From: an uncultured Acidobacteriaceae bacterium
GTDB lineage: Bacteria; Acidobacteriota; Terriglobia; Terriglobales; Acidobacteriaceae
Length of the DNA stretch: 64,000 bases
Reading direction: 5' to 3'
Assembly (NCBI GenBank): GCA_963809865.1
Contig: CAWELL010000009.1
Span: 67,263 to 131,262 of the forward strand
This document shows positions 10,377-19,834 of this stretch, in pieces. Below the pieces are notes generated by a model that was not told the DNA's origin, ran no database searches, and was given only the letters and a program-made list of their open reading frames with translations. Each line of letters starts with the position of its first letter. Within the stretch, counting starts at the first letter, position 1. The position numbers and the translations under genes were made by a program.

Positions 10377-11783
10377 TTACGCGGCTTCCCGCGACGAGTC
10401 CTTAGGCTCGAGTTCCGGAATCACTTCAGGGCGTCCCACGCTGTAGTAGATGAATCCGGCCTTCTCCATCTGCTGAGGCGAGAAAAGGTTTCGCCCGTCC
10501 AGCAGAATCGGCTGCTTCATGCGCGCCCGCAACCGTTCCAGATCCAGGGCCGCGAACTCTTCCCATTCTGTCAGCACAAGTAGAGCATCGGCGTCGGTCG
10601 CCGCCGCATAGGCGCTCTTGGCGAAGGTGATTGCCGCGCCTTCGGCAAACTCCACCTTCGCCCGAGCCGTTGCCGCAGGATCGTAAGCAGTGACGCGGCA
10701 GCCTTCTTTCAGCAGCCTGTGAATCACTGCGATAGCGGGTGACTCGCGCACGTCGTCAGTGCCCCCCTTGAAGGCCAGGCCAAGCACCCCGAGCCGCTTC
10801 CCTTTTAGGGGCCATAATGCCTGCCGAACCTTGCGGACAAAATGAGTGCGCTGGTCCTCATTGATCTGCATCACGTCTTCTAAGAGGCGGAAATCGCAGC
10901 CGCTTTGATGAGCGACGGCGCGAAGGGCCTTCAAGTCTTTCGGGAAACAAGAGCCACCGTAGCCGATGCCGGGCCGCAGGAACTTGCCTCCAATGCGCTG
11001 ATCGCTGCCGATCCCGTCAACCACTTCCTCGACATCGGCCCCATTAGCTTCACAGATCTTTGCGATTGCGTTGATGAAGGAAATCTTCGTCGCGAGAAAG
11101 GCATTGGCAGCATGCTTGATCAGCTCGGCGCTGGCGGAGCTGGTCATCACCACGCGCGTGGGTATCCGCGCCCCATCGGGTGCAGGGATCGCGCCATTTG
11201 AGGCGGCGTAGCTCCCGTCGAGCAGCGGCTTATACGCTTTGCTCAGCAAATCGGCGCTGCGGGGACAGTCGCAACCCAGCACGATCCGGTCGGGATACAG
11301 GAAGTCGGTAACCGCTGTGCCTTCACGCAGAAATTCGGGATTGGAAGCTACACGAAAACATGATGGGTGCCCGCCGTAATGCTGCAACACACGGGCAATC
11401 CGATTATTGGTACCCACGGGCACAGTGCTCTTTATCACGACTACCTTGAAACCGTCGACGGTGCGTGCGATTTCGCGGCATACGGAGTCGAGCACAGAGA
11501 CGTCCGCTTCGCCGTTGTCGCACGGTGGCGTACCTACCGCGACGAACACCATCGCAGCGTCCTCCAGTCCCTGAGCGAGTGACGTGGTGAATTGCAACTG
11601 CTCGCCGACATAACGGGCGAGCAGTTCGGGAAGAAATTCTTCGTGAATGATGGTTTCGCCGCGCTTAAGCGCCGCGACTTTGGTCTCGTCCTTGTCAACG
11701 CAGACGACTTGGTGGCCGATCTCTGCAAAACACGCAGCCGCCACTAAGCCAACATAGCCCGAGCCTACAATTGCAATTCGCAT
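10377..11783 (-). CDS. ugd: UDP-glucose 6-dehydrogenase
   Basis: ORF 10377..11834 trimmed to MRIAIVGSGYVGLV (Rossmann GxGxxG). The catalytic motif GYGGSCFPKDLKAL is present and the length is typical. Confidence 0.9.
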   Translation of the reverse strand: MRIAIVGSGYVGLVAAACFAEIGHQVVCVDKDETKVAALKRGETIIHEEFLPELLARYVGEQLQFTTSLAQGLEDAAMVFVAVGTPPCDNGEADVSVLDSVCREIARTVDGFKVVVIKSTVPVGTNNRIARVLQHYGGHPSCFRVASNPEFLREGTAVTDFLYPDRIVLGCDCPRSADLLSKAYKPLLDGSYAASNGAIPAPDGARIPTRVVMTSSASAELIKHAANAFLATKISFINAIAKICEANGADVEEVVDGIGSDQRIGGKFLRPGIGYGGSCFPKDLKALRAVAHQSGCDFRLLEDVMQINEDQRTHFVRKVRQALWPLKGKRLGVLGLAFKGGTDDVRESPAIAVIHRLLKEGCRVTAYDPAATARAKVEFAEGAAITFAKSAYAAATDADALLVLTEWEEFAALDLERLRARMKQPILLDGRNLFSPQQMEKAGFIYYSVGRPEVIPELEPKDSSREAA

Positions 11784-11808
11784 CACGAAGCGGGTCCCCG
11801 AAAGAAAT

Positions 11809-13152
11809 TCAGATGTTTGTTGTTGAACCAACATCGTCGCGCCAACTTATGCCGCCCGTTTCCAGTTCTCCGAGCGAGACGGGGCGCTGGTCTTGAATGT
11901 CACTAAACCCCTTGTCGCCGAAGAGCGACAAATAATGCTGGTGCGCGCGCTCCCAGGCTTCGTCGTCCGGCGGCTGGCCGAAAATCTCGATATAACTTGG
12001 ACTACCTGGGAACGGGAACATCGGAACCGGTTCGCTCACCCAGACTCCGCGCGCTTTCAAGGTTTCTTGCCAACGGCGAATCTCGTTCTTGTTATCTTTA
12101 TCCGTCAGGATCAGGTTCGCCTGTACCCAGGGAATTCGCTGGCGCGCATAGATCAGCAGCTCAGTTATGCGCTCAGTTGACATGCGACAGTTCTTGTTCA
12201 ACTCGTCGCGGCCCTCGTCCGTAATCGACTCGATGCCACACTCCATCGAAATGCAACCGGCACGTCCGAGAAGGTCGAGCGTTTCTTCGTTCCACAGATC
12301 GATTCGCGTCTGGAAGCCGATCTTCACGTTTCGCTCGGCTAGACCCTCCACCAGCCTGAGCACGTTCTTGCCAACACCAAATATTTCGTCAATGAAGTAG
12401 ACGTAATCAACTCCGCGCTCGACTAAACGATCTACTTCTGTGAGGACGGCCTCGATCGTGCGCTCGCGAAACTTGTTACGGAAGAGTGTCTTATTGCAAA
12501 AGCTGCAGGCCCAGGGACACCCGCGGGCAAACTCCAATTCAGCGCCGCGTCCTTCTCCGCTGAAGACGTGGTGCCGATGCCGATGGCGCTCCACGTTGTA
12601 GTTGTGGAAGTCCAGCGGTGCAAGAGCTCTCATATCGGTAACGCCCAAGCCCGGGTTGAGGCGCAGCGTTCCGTCGGGTAGGCGATAGCAGCAGCCGACA
12701 ATGTCCTCCCATAATTTGGTCGCCAACTCAGGAATGGTTTGATCCGGCTCGCCGCGTAGCACCACATCGCAATTCAGCTTGCGCAGCGTTGCTGCCGGAG
12801 TCGCTGAGCCGTGGGGACCGATCGCAACCTGTATGGTTCCGTCGCCCAGCGCGGCGAACCACTGTTTCGGAACGCGCAGCTCCGGCTGAGGACAACGCCA
12901 AAATAAATATGAGGGGGCCGTCGGAATCACCAGGAAGTTAGGCCCGAAAACCCGTAGTTCCTGGCGAACCTGCTGGATCGTGAGATCGTCCACTTGCGCA
13001 TCGATGAGCAGCGGCTCGTGCCCGGCAGCACGGATCTGGTCGAAAGCAAACAACAGCTCCAGCGGGTAGTGCGGATCGCGACATCCGAAGTAGGTCGAGC
13101 CTTCGAACGTCCAATTCGGATTGACTAGCGCGAACTTCATCATGCCGTCCAT
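11809..13152 (-). CDS. B12-binding-domain radical SAM protein
   Basis: 447-aa ORF. The N-terminal Rossmann-like B12-binding region is MKFALVNPNWTFEG...HEPLLIDAQVDDL. It has the CxxxCxxC cluster motif GCPWACSFCNK. The alternative ATG at 13143 forms an ATGA overlap with the stop of the upstream epimerase gene. Confidence 0.8.
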   Translation of the reverse strand: MDGMMKFALVNPNWTFEGSTYFGCRDPHYPLELLFAFDQIRAAGHEPLLIDAQVDDLTIQQVRQELRVFGPNFLVIPTAPSYLFWRCPQPELRVPKQWFAALGDGTIQVAIGPHGSATPAATLRKLNCDVVLRGEPDQTIPELATKLWEDIVGCCYRLPDGTLRLNPGLGVTDMRALAPLDFHNYNVERHRHRHHVFSGEGRGAELEFARGCPWACSFCNKTLFRNKFRERTIEAVLTEVDRLVERGVDYVYFIDEIFGVGKNVLRLVEGLAERNVKIGFQTRIDLWNEETLDLLGRAGCISMECGIESITDEGRDELNKNCRMSTERITELLIYARQRIPWVQANLILTDKDNKNEIRRWQETLKARGVWVSEPVPMFPFPGSPSYIEIFGQPPDDEAWERAHQHYLSLFGDKGFSDIQDQRPVSLGELETGGISWRDDVGSTTNI

Positions 13153-14252
13153 GGGAGCGGGACCGGGCTAGCCGGCGAGGGCATCTCCGCAACCTTAGCT
13201 GGGGCGAATAGGTCACGATTCTGCTTCCACCATCGCTGCATTCTGCTTAGTGTCTCGGGTAGCCGGATGTTGGGCCTCCACCCGGTATCGTTTTGTAGCT
13301 TCTGCGTATTGCTGACGTACACTGCCTGATCGCCGGGGCGTACCACGTCGAAGCTGGTTTCTAGCTTGCGGCCAGTGAGTCGCTCGATCATTGCCATCAG
13401 CTCAAGCAGGGACACGGAATTCTCTGGACCTCCGCCAACGTTATAAACGCGTCCTTCGCCTGAGAGCTCAAGGTTCCGCACCGCGTCGAACGCGCGTACC
13501 AGATCGGCGACGTCGAGCACATCGCGAACTTGCAGGCCATTGCCATAGACAGTTACGGGCGTGCAGTTCAAAGCCGAGTACAGAAAGTGAGCCACCCATC
13601 CCTGGTCTTCAGTACCAAACTGGTGCGGACCGGCAACACATGACATGCGAAACACGGCGGTGTTCAATCCGTAGATGCGTGAGTAATCGCGCACGTACTG
13701 GTCAGCCGCGCCTTTCGAGCAGCCGTAGGGAGAGTGGAAATCCAGCGGCTGGGTCTCCGAAGTTCCTTCGGGATTCGAGCAGCCGTAGCGGGACTTCTCG
13801 GGCCAGACGTCGCCGCTGCTGGCACTCCCATATACCTTGTTGGTAGAAGTGAACAATAGAAAAGGTTGATTGCCCGACTTGCGCGCTGCTTCCAGAATGT
13901 TGAAGGTGCCGACGAGGTTGATGTCAAAGTCCAGTCGCGGCGCCAGGACTGAGGTGGTAACAGCCACCTGAGCGGCGAAGTGATAGACCTCTGTGGCGTG
14001 GCGCAGGGCCCGCTCCACCATCTCGGCGTCGCGAATGTCGCCTACCGTAATCCGGAGCCGGCGCGACCGCCCAGCTACCGCTTCCAGCGCGTGCAGGTTG
14101 TGGCGAACGCCGCTGCGCGAGAGATTGTCAAAAACATGGACCTTGGCCTCGGTATTCTGCAGCAGCCACTCCGCCCAATTGGCACCTATGAAGCCGGCGC
14201 CTCCAAAAATAAGGACTGACCGAAACGGATTTCTCCTGCTCGTCACGGGCAC
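13140..14252 (-). CDS. NAD-dependent sugar epimerase, CDP-paratose 2-epimerase (tyvelose epimerase)-like
   Basis: 370-aa ORF with a GTG start. It has VLIFGGAGFIGANWAEWLL (GxxGxxG), FDNLSRSGVRHNL, STNKVYG and DFHSPYGCSKGAADQYVRDYSRIYGL (YxxxK). These match my memory of the Salmonella RfbE/tyvelose epimerase family. Confidence 0.8.
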   Translation of the reverse strand: MPVTSRRNPFRSVLIFGGAGFIGANWAEWLLQNTEAKVHVFDNLSRSGVRHNLHALEAVAGRSRRLRITVGDIRDAEMVERALRHATEVYHFAAQVAVTTSVLAPRLDFDINLVGTFNILEAARKSGNQPFLLFTSTNKVYGSASSGDVWPEKSRYGCSNPEGTSETQPLDFHSPYGCSKGAADQYVRDYSRIYGLNTAVFRMSCVAGPHQFGTEDQGWVAHFLYSALNCTPVTVYGNGLQVRDVLDVADLVRAFDAVRNLELSGEGRVYNVGGGPENSVSLLELMAMIERLTGRKLETSFDVVRPGDQAVYVSNTQKLQNDTGWRPNIRLPETLSRMQRWWKQNRDLFAPAKVAEMPSPASPVPLPWTA

Positions 14253-14427
14253 ACCTGTCGAAGAATCACGTGCTCTCCTCTGCTACCTGCAAAAGGTAAG
14301 TAGATGCGCCGCGCAAGGCTTGCAGTTTGCCCAGCAAGATCGTTGAAGCGGGAAATCGGCTACTGGCGAGCAAGAGTCACTTCTGAAAAAGGGCTCTGTC
14401 TGGCGAAAAAGCCAAGTTCGAACCAAC

Positions 14428-14457
14428 AAAAAAACGCAAGAGCCCAAAGCTCTTGCG
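14428..14457 (-). terminator. rho-independent terminator downstream of the PQQ-repeat gene
   Basis: On the minus strand, a CGCAAGAGC-TTTGG-GCTCTTGCG hairpin (9-bp stem) is followed by 7 T residues. Confidence 0.75.
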
Positions 14458-14513
14458 TTAGCGTTTCCAAGCGCACTCAGCAATCTGGGTTTGCTTCAGG
14501 TTGCAACGACAGC

Positions 14514-15707
14514 TTACTGCCTGGGTGAAAGGCCAATGGATTCGGACTGGTCGAAAGCGTACAGATTCCCGTCACGCGAGCCGACATACACCACGCCATT
14601 AAACACGGCCGGCGAAGAATCAACCTCATCTCCGGTGGTGTAGTTCCACAGGAGTGCTCCCGAGTTGGCGTCCAACGCGTACAGGTTATCGTCGCCGGAA
14701 CCGACGTACACGACCCCGTTGGCCACCGTCGGCGAAGATACGACGTAACTATACGTCGGGTACTCCCACAGGAACGCTCCCGTCGTGGCATTTAGGGCGT
14801 AGACGTTGTTGTCCAGAGATCCGATATACACCACACCGTTAGCTACCGCGGGCGAAGACCAGATCTGATTCTCCGTCGTGTAGTTCCACAGGAGGGCTCC
14901 TGTGTAGGCGTTAAAGGCATAGAGGTTGTTATCTTGTCCTCCGACGTACACCACTCCATTGACCACCGCCGGCGAAGAGTAAAAAGACACGCCACTGCCT
15001 ACCCTCCACTGGAGCAACCCCGTGTGAGTATCGATAGCGCACAAAGCATCGGGACACACGACGTATACCATTCCGTTGGAGACCGCTGGCGAAGACTCTG
15101 AAGCTACGCCCGTCGGGTACTTCCAAATCAGTGCTCCGGTGACGGCGTCCAAGGTATATAGAAGCCCGTCATTCGAGACAACGTAGACCACGCCCAGAAC
15201 CACCGCCGGCGAAGACCAGATCTGGTTCCCTGTGGAATACGACCACAGGAACTTTCCCGTGGTGGCGTCTAAGGCGTACAGATTGTCGTCGTCGGAACCA
15301 ACATATACGATGCCGTTGGCTACTGCGGGCGACGAATGTACGGACCCTCCCGTCGTGTACTGCCACAGCAAGGTCCCGGTGCCGGCATCTACCGCGTAAA
15401 CGTTCTGGTCGTCGGAGCCGCTGTACGCCACGCCATTCGCCACCGTCGGTGAGGCAAAAAAGATGGAATTCTCAGTCGTGTACTCCCAGTCCAGCCTGAG
15501 ATTCCCGACGTTCCCTCGGTTCAAAATATATTCGTATAAATTGAAACCAGAGCGGCAGGGGTCAAAGCGATACTGCGACTTCCACTCGATCGCTCCTCCA
15601 TGAGTGATGGATTCGCACAGGTTGGGCGGTGGAATTGTCTTGGCTTCTGCGGTGCCCGCGCCCACGGTCAGGAACAATACCAAACAGCAAATGCTTGTAG
15701 TCTTCAT
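14514..15707 (-). CDS. secreted PQQ-like (BamB-type) beta-propeller repeat protein
   Basis: 397-aa ORF with a signal peptide. It has about 8 repeats of the form SSPAVANGVVYVGS.D.NLYALDA.TGALLW.Y. Confidence 0.8.
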   Translation of the reverse strand: MKTTSICCLVLFLTVGAGTAEAKTIPPPNLCESITHGGAIEWKSQYRFDPCRSGFNLYEYILNRGNVGNLRLDWEYTTENSIFFASPTVANGVAYSGSDDQNVYAVDAGTGTLLWQYTTGGSVHSSPAVANGIVYVGSDDDNLYALDATTGKFLWSYSTGNQIWSSPAVVLGVVYVVSNDGLLYTLDAVTGALIWKYPTGVASESSPAVSNGMVYVVCPDALCAIDTHTGLLQWRVGSGVSFYSSPAVVNGVVYVGGQDNNLYAFNAYTGALLWNYTTENQIWSSPAVANGVVYIGSLDNNVYALNATTGAFLWEYPTYSYVVSSPTVANGVVYVGSGDDNLYALDANSGALLWNYTTGDEVDSSPAVFNGVVYVGSRDGNLYAFDQSESIGLSPRQ

Positions 15708-15739
15708 ATCTTCGTCCTTACCGACATAGCAGCGAGGGG

Positions 15740-18397
15740 CTACTGCGTAGTTGTGAAATTCAAAAAGTCTCCATTCAGATTATTTGTTGGGTCAATGGCT
15801 GAAAAAGCGTAATTGCTCGCAGCGTCGGTGCCGCCCACGCCGAAGTAATACCGGGTGGCTGGACTGAGGCCGGAGATGTCACAGGTATTAATCCAGAGAT
15901 TATCCGTACCGGTGTAGACACTCGGCCCGCAGTTGGTCGGATTGTTGATGTTGTTTGAATTCTTTCCGACCATCACTACAGTACTTACCGCCTTCTCGTA
16001 GGTGTACCAGGTGATAGTTGCGGTGCTATTTGTGATGTTGCTGGCCGTCGGTTTTGCCGGATATTCGCCGGCGGGATACGGCCCAATGATGTCTGGATAG
16101 GGCAGGTGACCAAGTGCGTTATGCGACGGCAGGACGAAGGAGTCGGTCCCTGCCAGCGTACCGGAGCGCCAACCCACGTAGTTGGAGAAGTCCTGGAAGA
16201 GCTGATTGAAGTTTTTCCCGCTGCCGGTAAAAGCCGCCCAGGAGTTCGAATATAGCTGATCGGCAGCATCCCAGCACTTTGCTCCGCTGGTGGGCAGCTT
16301 GCAGGAATCTCCATAGACTGCACCCAGCCACGCATAGGCGGGCGCCACCAGCCCGTTCAAGCTTCCGAACGGCTGCTGGCAGCCGCCCTGGAAAATCGAA
16401 CAGTTGTACGGAACAGCCCACGGTTGATAGGGAAATGAGTTGTCGTTCCCGAGCAGATTGACCTGAGTTGAATAGAACCAGTCGAGGAGTTTCATCAACT
16501 CGATGGGAATTCGAGCGTCGGGCGTGACGTTCATGTAGGTTTCGACGTTATAGGTCTCGATTAGAGTCATCGCCCATAGACCAATATTGAAGTTTGAAGC
16601 GCTATAGCAGCACTTATAGGTGTTGCCGGGAGCGGAAGGATTATACTGGATTGCTTCAGCGATCGTCTGAATCAGAAGATCAACTCTCTTCTGGAGTTCG
16701 TTCGTAGGCTCCACGCCGGTTTCCAACCAGTCGACTAACACAACATTCGTGTTGTAAGGCAGGTTTCGGATAGTGCCCGTCTGGTCTTCATAATAGGTAT
16801 AAGTAAAGCTTTCATCTTTGAATCCCGAAGATGGATAGGACAGAACATTGGCGCCAAACCTGAGGTTCGCCAAGGCGTTAAGCCCGGAGCAGGTCGGACC
16901 TCCGTCGCAGTTCTCGTCCAGTATGTCCCCCTGGCGCAGGAAATCCATATACATTCCCCAGGGGAATATGTTCCATTGTTCCGTTCCGGCCCATCTTGCG
17001 ACGTTTACCGCCCAGTTAAGATATTGCATTCCGATGGTCTCGGAACAATTCGTCCAATACTGCGCGTTTCCCGCGTTAATCCAGGTCATGCCCCAGTCCT
17101 GCGTAAAAGCACCCGGCTGCAAGCTGAAGGGCGGAGGGTTTGCGCCGGATTGGCCAGCCGAGTTCGCCATATAGGTAAACCCGCCATTTACTATGATGTC
17201 TCCGATTGAGTAGTAATGACTTGGCTGCCAAGCGCCTCCGGTAACCCCATCCAGACGCCCCGCTGTCTCTTTGAATACTCGATTTCCGTCATAGGTATAA
17301 ATATCCCAAGGTTCATCGTTCGATGACGTCGAGGTGAAATTCGCATTCAGGTAGACGCCTTGCTGATTGAACGTCGTCAGCATGTTGCATATACCAGGAC
17401 CAAATCGCGCCGCGGTGAAGGTTGCTCCCAGCAAATTAGGAATAGGCGGAAAGTTTGTGGGAGCCGTTACCTGGAACTGAGCCGGCGGATTGACCGAGAA
17501 ATTGTAAGTTAGCTTTTCGGGGTCGCCTACGGGCACACCATTCTTGGTATAGTCCACCAGCTGGAATACCAGACGTAGAGTATGGCTGCCGAGGGCTAAC
17601 GGGCGGGTTTGGTTGCCGCCAGACGCCACGATCCTGGCTTCCATGCCGGGCTCGGCAAAATAATAGTTCCAGCAGAAATAGTCGCCGGCATAAGGCTTTG
17701 AACCGTAGGTTTGGACCGGATAATTGTTCGTCGCCGGATTAACCTCTTCGCGGCTGGTGGTGCACATTATCGTAAGCGAGAGGCCGGTGTTGCCACATGG
17801 GGACCCCAGCAGTTGTCCGGGCAAGCACGAGACGCCGTCTATGCTGGCCTCCGTAACCATCATGGCGTAGTCGGAGTTCATCACGCCGGATTGCTGGATC
17901 AGGCTGAGTCCGACATTAATTCCGGAACCCTGATACACGTAGCTGGGGCCAAACGCGAAGGCTGAAAAGGTCAACGATCCGCTGGTCGAGGTCGCCGTGG
18001 TGAAAGTGGGAGTGGATGTAGGCCACGGCGCCGAACTCCAATTCGTGTCCGTGATGTAGCATTGTTTGCCGCCGACAGGGTCGGTGCAGCTTGCTGCAGA
18101 ATAGCTGTACTGTGTGCCGGGCTGAAGATTCTTAACTACAACACAGTGGTTAGTGGTGAGAGTAGGGTCGTAGATCTGACGGAAGAAGTTTTCATCGCCA
18201 CCAAGCATGACCAGAGAGTCACTTGGATTGTTGGTAGTCCAACAGATTTGTGCCCAGCTCACGTTATTGGAGTATGGGTTGGTAACAGTTACATTCTGCG
18301 GCGGATCGTTACCTGCCTGCGCTATGGCAAGCTGTGTCATCCATACAAGCTGTGTCACTGACAACAGAACTGTGAGTAAGAGGATCTTGTAACGCAT
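15740..18397 (-). CDS. large secreted hypothetical protein with FN3-like modules at both ends
   Basis: ORF 15740..18499 trimmed to MRYKILLLTVLLSVTQLVWMTQLAIAQA (ATG 18397). The N-terminal module reads PQNVTVTNPYSNNVSWAQICWTT...NLQPGTQYSYS. The C-terminal module reads ASNITNSTATITWYT...GLSPATRYYFGV. The central ~600 aa is unassigned. Confidence 0.7.
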   Translation of the reverse strand: MRYKILLLTVLLSVTQLVWMTQLAIAQAGNDPPQNVTVTNPYSNNVSWAQICWTTNNPSDSLVMLGGDENFFRQIYDPTLTTNHCVVVKNLQPGTQYSYSAASCTDPVGGKQCYITDTNWSSAPWPTSTPTFTTATSTSGSLTFSAFAFGPSYVYQGSGINVGLSLIQQSGVMNSDYAMMVTEASIDGVSCLPGQLLGSPCGNTGLSLTIMCTTSREEVNPATNNYPVQTYGSKPYAGDYFCWNYYFAEPGMEARIVASGGNQTRPLALGSHTLRLVFQLVDYTKNGVPVGDPEKLTYNFSVNPPAQFQVTAPTNFPPIPNLLGATFTAARFGPGICNMLTTFNQQGVYLNANFTSTSSNDEPWDIYTYDGNRVFKETAGRLDGVTGGAWQPSHYYSIGDIIVNGGFTYMANSAGQSGANPPPFSLQPGAFTQDWGMTWINAGNAQYWTNCSETIGMQYLNWAVNVARWAGTEQWNIFPWGMYMDFLRQGDILDENCDGGPTCSGLNALANLRFGANVLSYPSSGFKDESFTYTYYEDQTGTIRNLPYNTNVVLVDWLETGVEPTNELQKRVDLLIQTIAEAIQYNPSAPGNTYKCCYSASNFNIGLWAMTLIETYNVETYMNVTPDARIPIELMKLLDWFYSTQVNLLGNDNSFPYQPWAVPYNCSIFQGGCQQPFGSLNGLVAPAYAWLGAVYGDSCKLPTSGAKCWDAADQLYSNSWAAFTGSGKNFNQLFQDFSNYVGWRSGTLAGTDSFVLPSHNALGHLPYPDIIGPYPAGEYPAKPTASNITNSTATITWYTYEKAVSTVVMVGKNSNNINNPTNCGPSVYTGTDNLWINTCDISGLSPATRYYFGVGGTDAASNYAFSAIDPTNNLNGDFLNFTTTQ

Positions 18398-19144
18398 GGT
18401 CGTAATGCCCATCCTTTGGTGTCTGATTCCAGCCGAGCGCTCAATAGGGCGGGAGCAGCCTTGAGGTTCGCTGAGCACTGCTCTGCAAGATGCACCCACC
18501 TTTTTGTCACGCTTAGCTGCCGTCGGGAAGTCCTGCTAATCCTGTCCCGGATGGACCGATCTAGGCCTCGCGCTACCGGCTGCGGCGTGGGCTTATTGTC
18601 ACCATCCACACCCTCGCTCGCGTTAGATAGTCGCTAATGGCAAAATGGTCCCTTTGCTACAATCAATCAGTAACTTTCGTTCGTCAACCACTTTCCAGCA
18701 TTCGAAGCTACCGAAAGTAACCTATCCCTAGGCAACTAAGTGCTATTTCTCAGGCGGTTGCCTCATATTCTCGAATCTGTCTACTACTTTCGGGTAAGAT
18801 TTGATTGAGAATTAAGTGACATTTGCAGCGGTCTAGGACCCTGGAGTAAGACACAATCGCTCTCAGCTAAGGTGGTTTGGTAACTCGGCCTGAGTGCCCT
18901 CCCTGAGCATCAGAGTCGAATGTCGGGACACCATCCTGGCGGCTTGATAGCGGGAGGGAACTCACGGAGGGGTCACGAGAGGGCGACGAAAACATCACCT
19001 AAGGAGTTAGTAACTAGAAAGCAAGAGTAGTAATTTAATGGGCAGTTACCTTACCCAGCAGCCGACATCAAATCGTAACGAAAGGAGGTGCTTCTGTTAC
19101 ATAGCCTACCGAGCCGGGCAACTCCTAGATGGGCGCGCCCGAGC

Positions 19145-19360
19145 CTAATTGACGGGACAGCCACCGCGTCCCATGCAGCAGTTTTCGGCTCCGCAGCTAC
19201 TGGCCGAAGAACCACTCGACTTCGTGCTGACTGCAAATGTGGATAGCTGCCTCTCCAGATTATGAGCGTGGCACTCGGGGCACTCAGGCGTTTGCTCTCC
19301 GAACAGGATGGCCTCGAACTTATTTCCGCAATTTTCGCAACGATATTCAAAAATCGGCAT
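19145..19360 (-). CDS. FmdB-family zinc-ribbon putative regulatory protein
   Basis: ORF trimmed to MPIFEYRCENCGNKFEAILFGEQTPECPECHAHNLERQLS (CxxC..CxxC) with a Ser/Cys/Gly-rich tail. Confidence 0.75.
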   Translation of the reverse strand: MPIFEYRCENCGNKFEAILFGEQTPECPECHAHNLERQLSTFAVSTKSSGSSASSCGAENCCMGRGGCPVN

Positions 19361-19834
19361 GATTTCTCCGCAACAAGTCTGGCTATACATCAACCATTAT
19401 ATAAAGAACTGCTTCACCGCGTGCAAGCTTGGAGGCGGACTACCAATTTTAGCGACTGTGTGCCATGGATTAAATTCACCTCACAGGGCCTTCGGTTGCG
19501 CTGATCGGTGTGCGGGCGCCGAAGATCGTCGACACCCGGAATACTCTGCCCGCCGAACCGCTGGGCTTGGGCTGCGCCGGCGGCTCCAAAGTTGCTTGCC
19601 CTTGGCATGAGTGCGGATCGAAGCCAAGACCGCTGAAGCCGTAACCGCCCCGGGTAACGTCCCGGTCTGCGAGCTGCGCTTCGAGGACAACGATGTTGGG
19701 GTTGGGCTCTGACCGTTACAGACCGCCCGCGAACTTTCTTGAGCTTCCTGACGTACCTAGGCCTAAGCTGGCGGCAGCTTTGCGCTCGCGTGCCGTAGGC
19801 GTAGCTGATACCCTCTTCCTCCGAAGGAGTTTAC

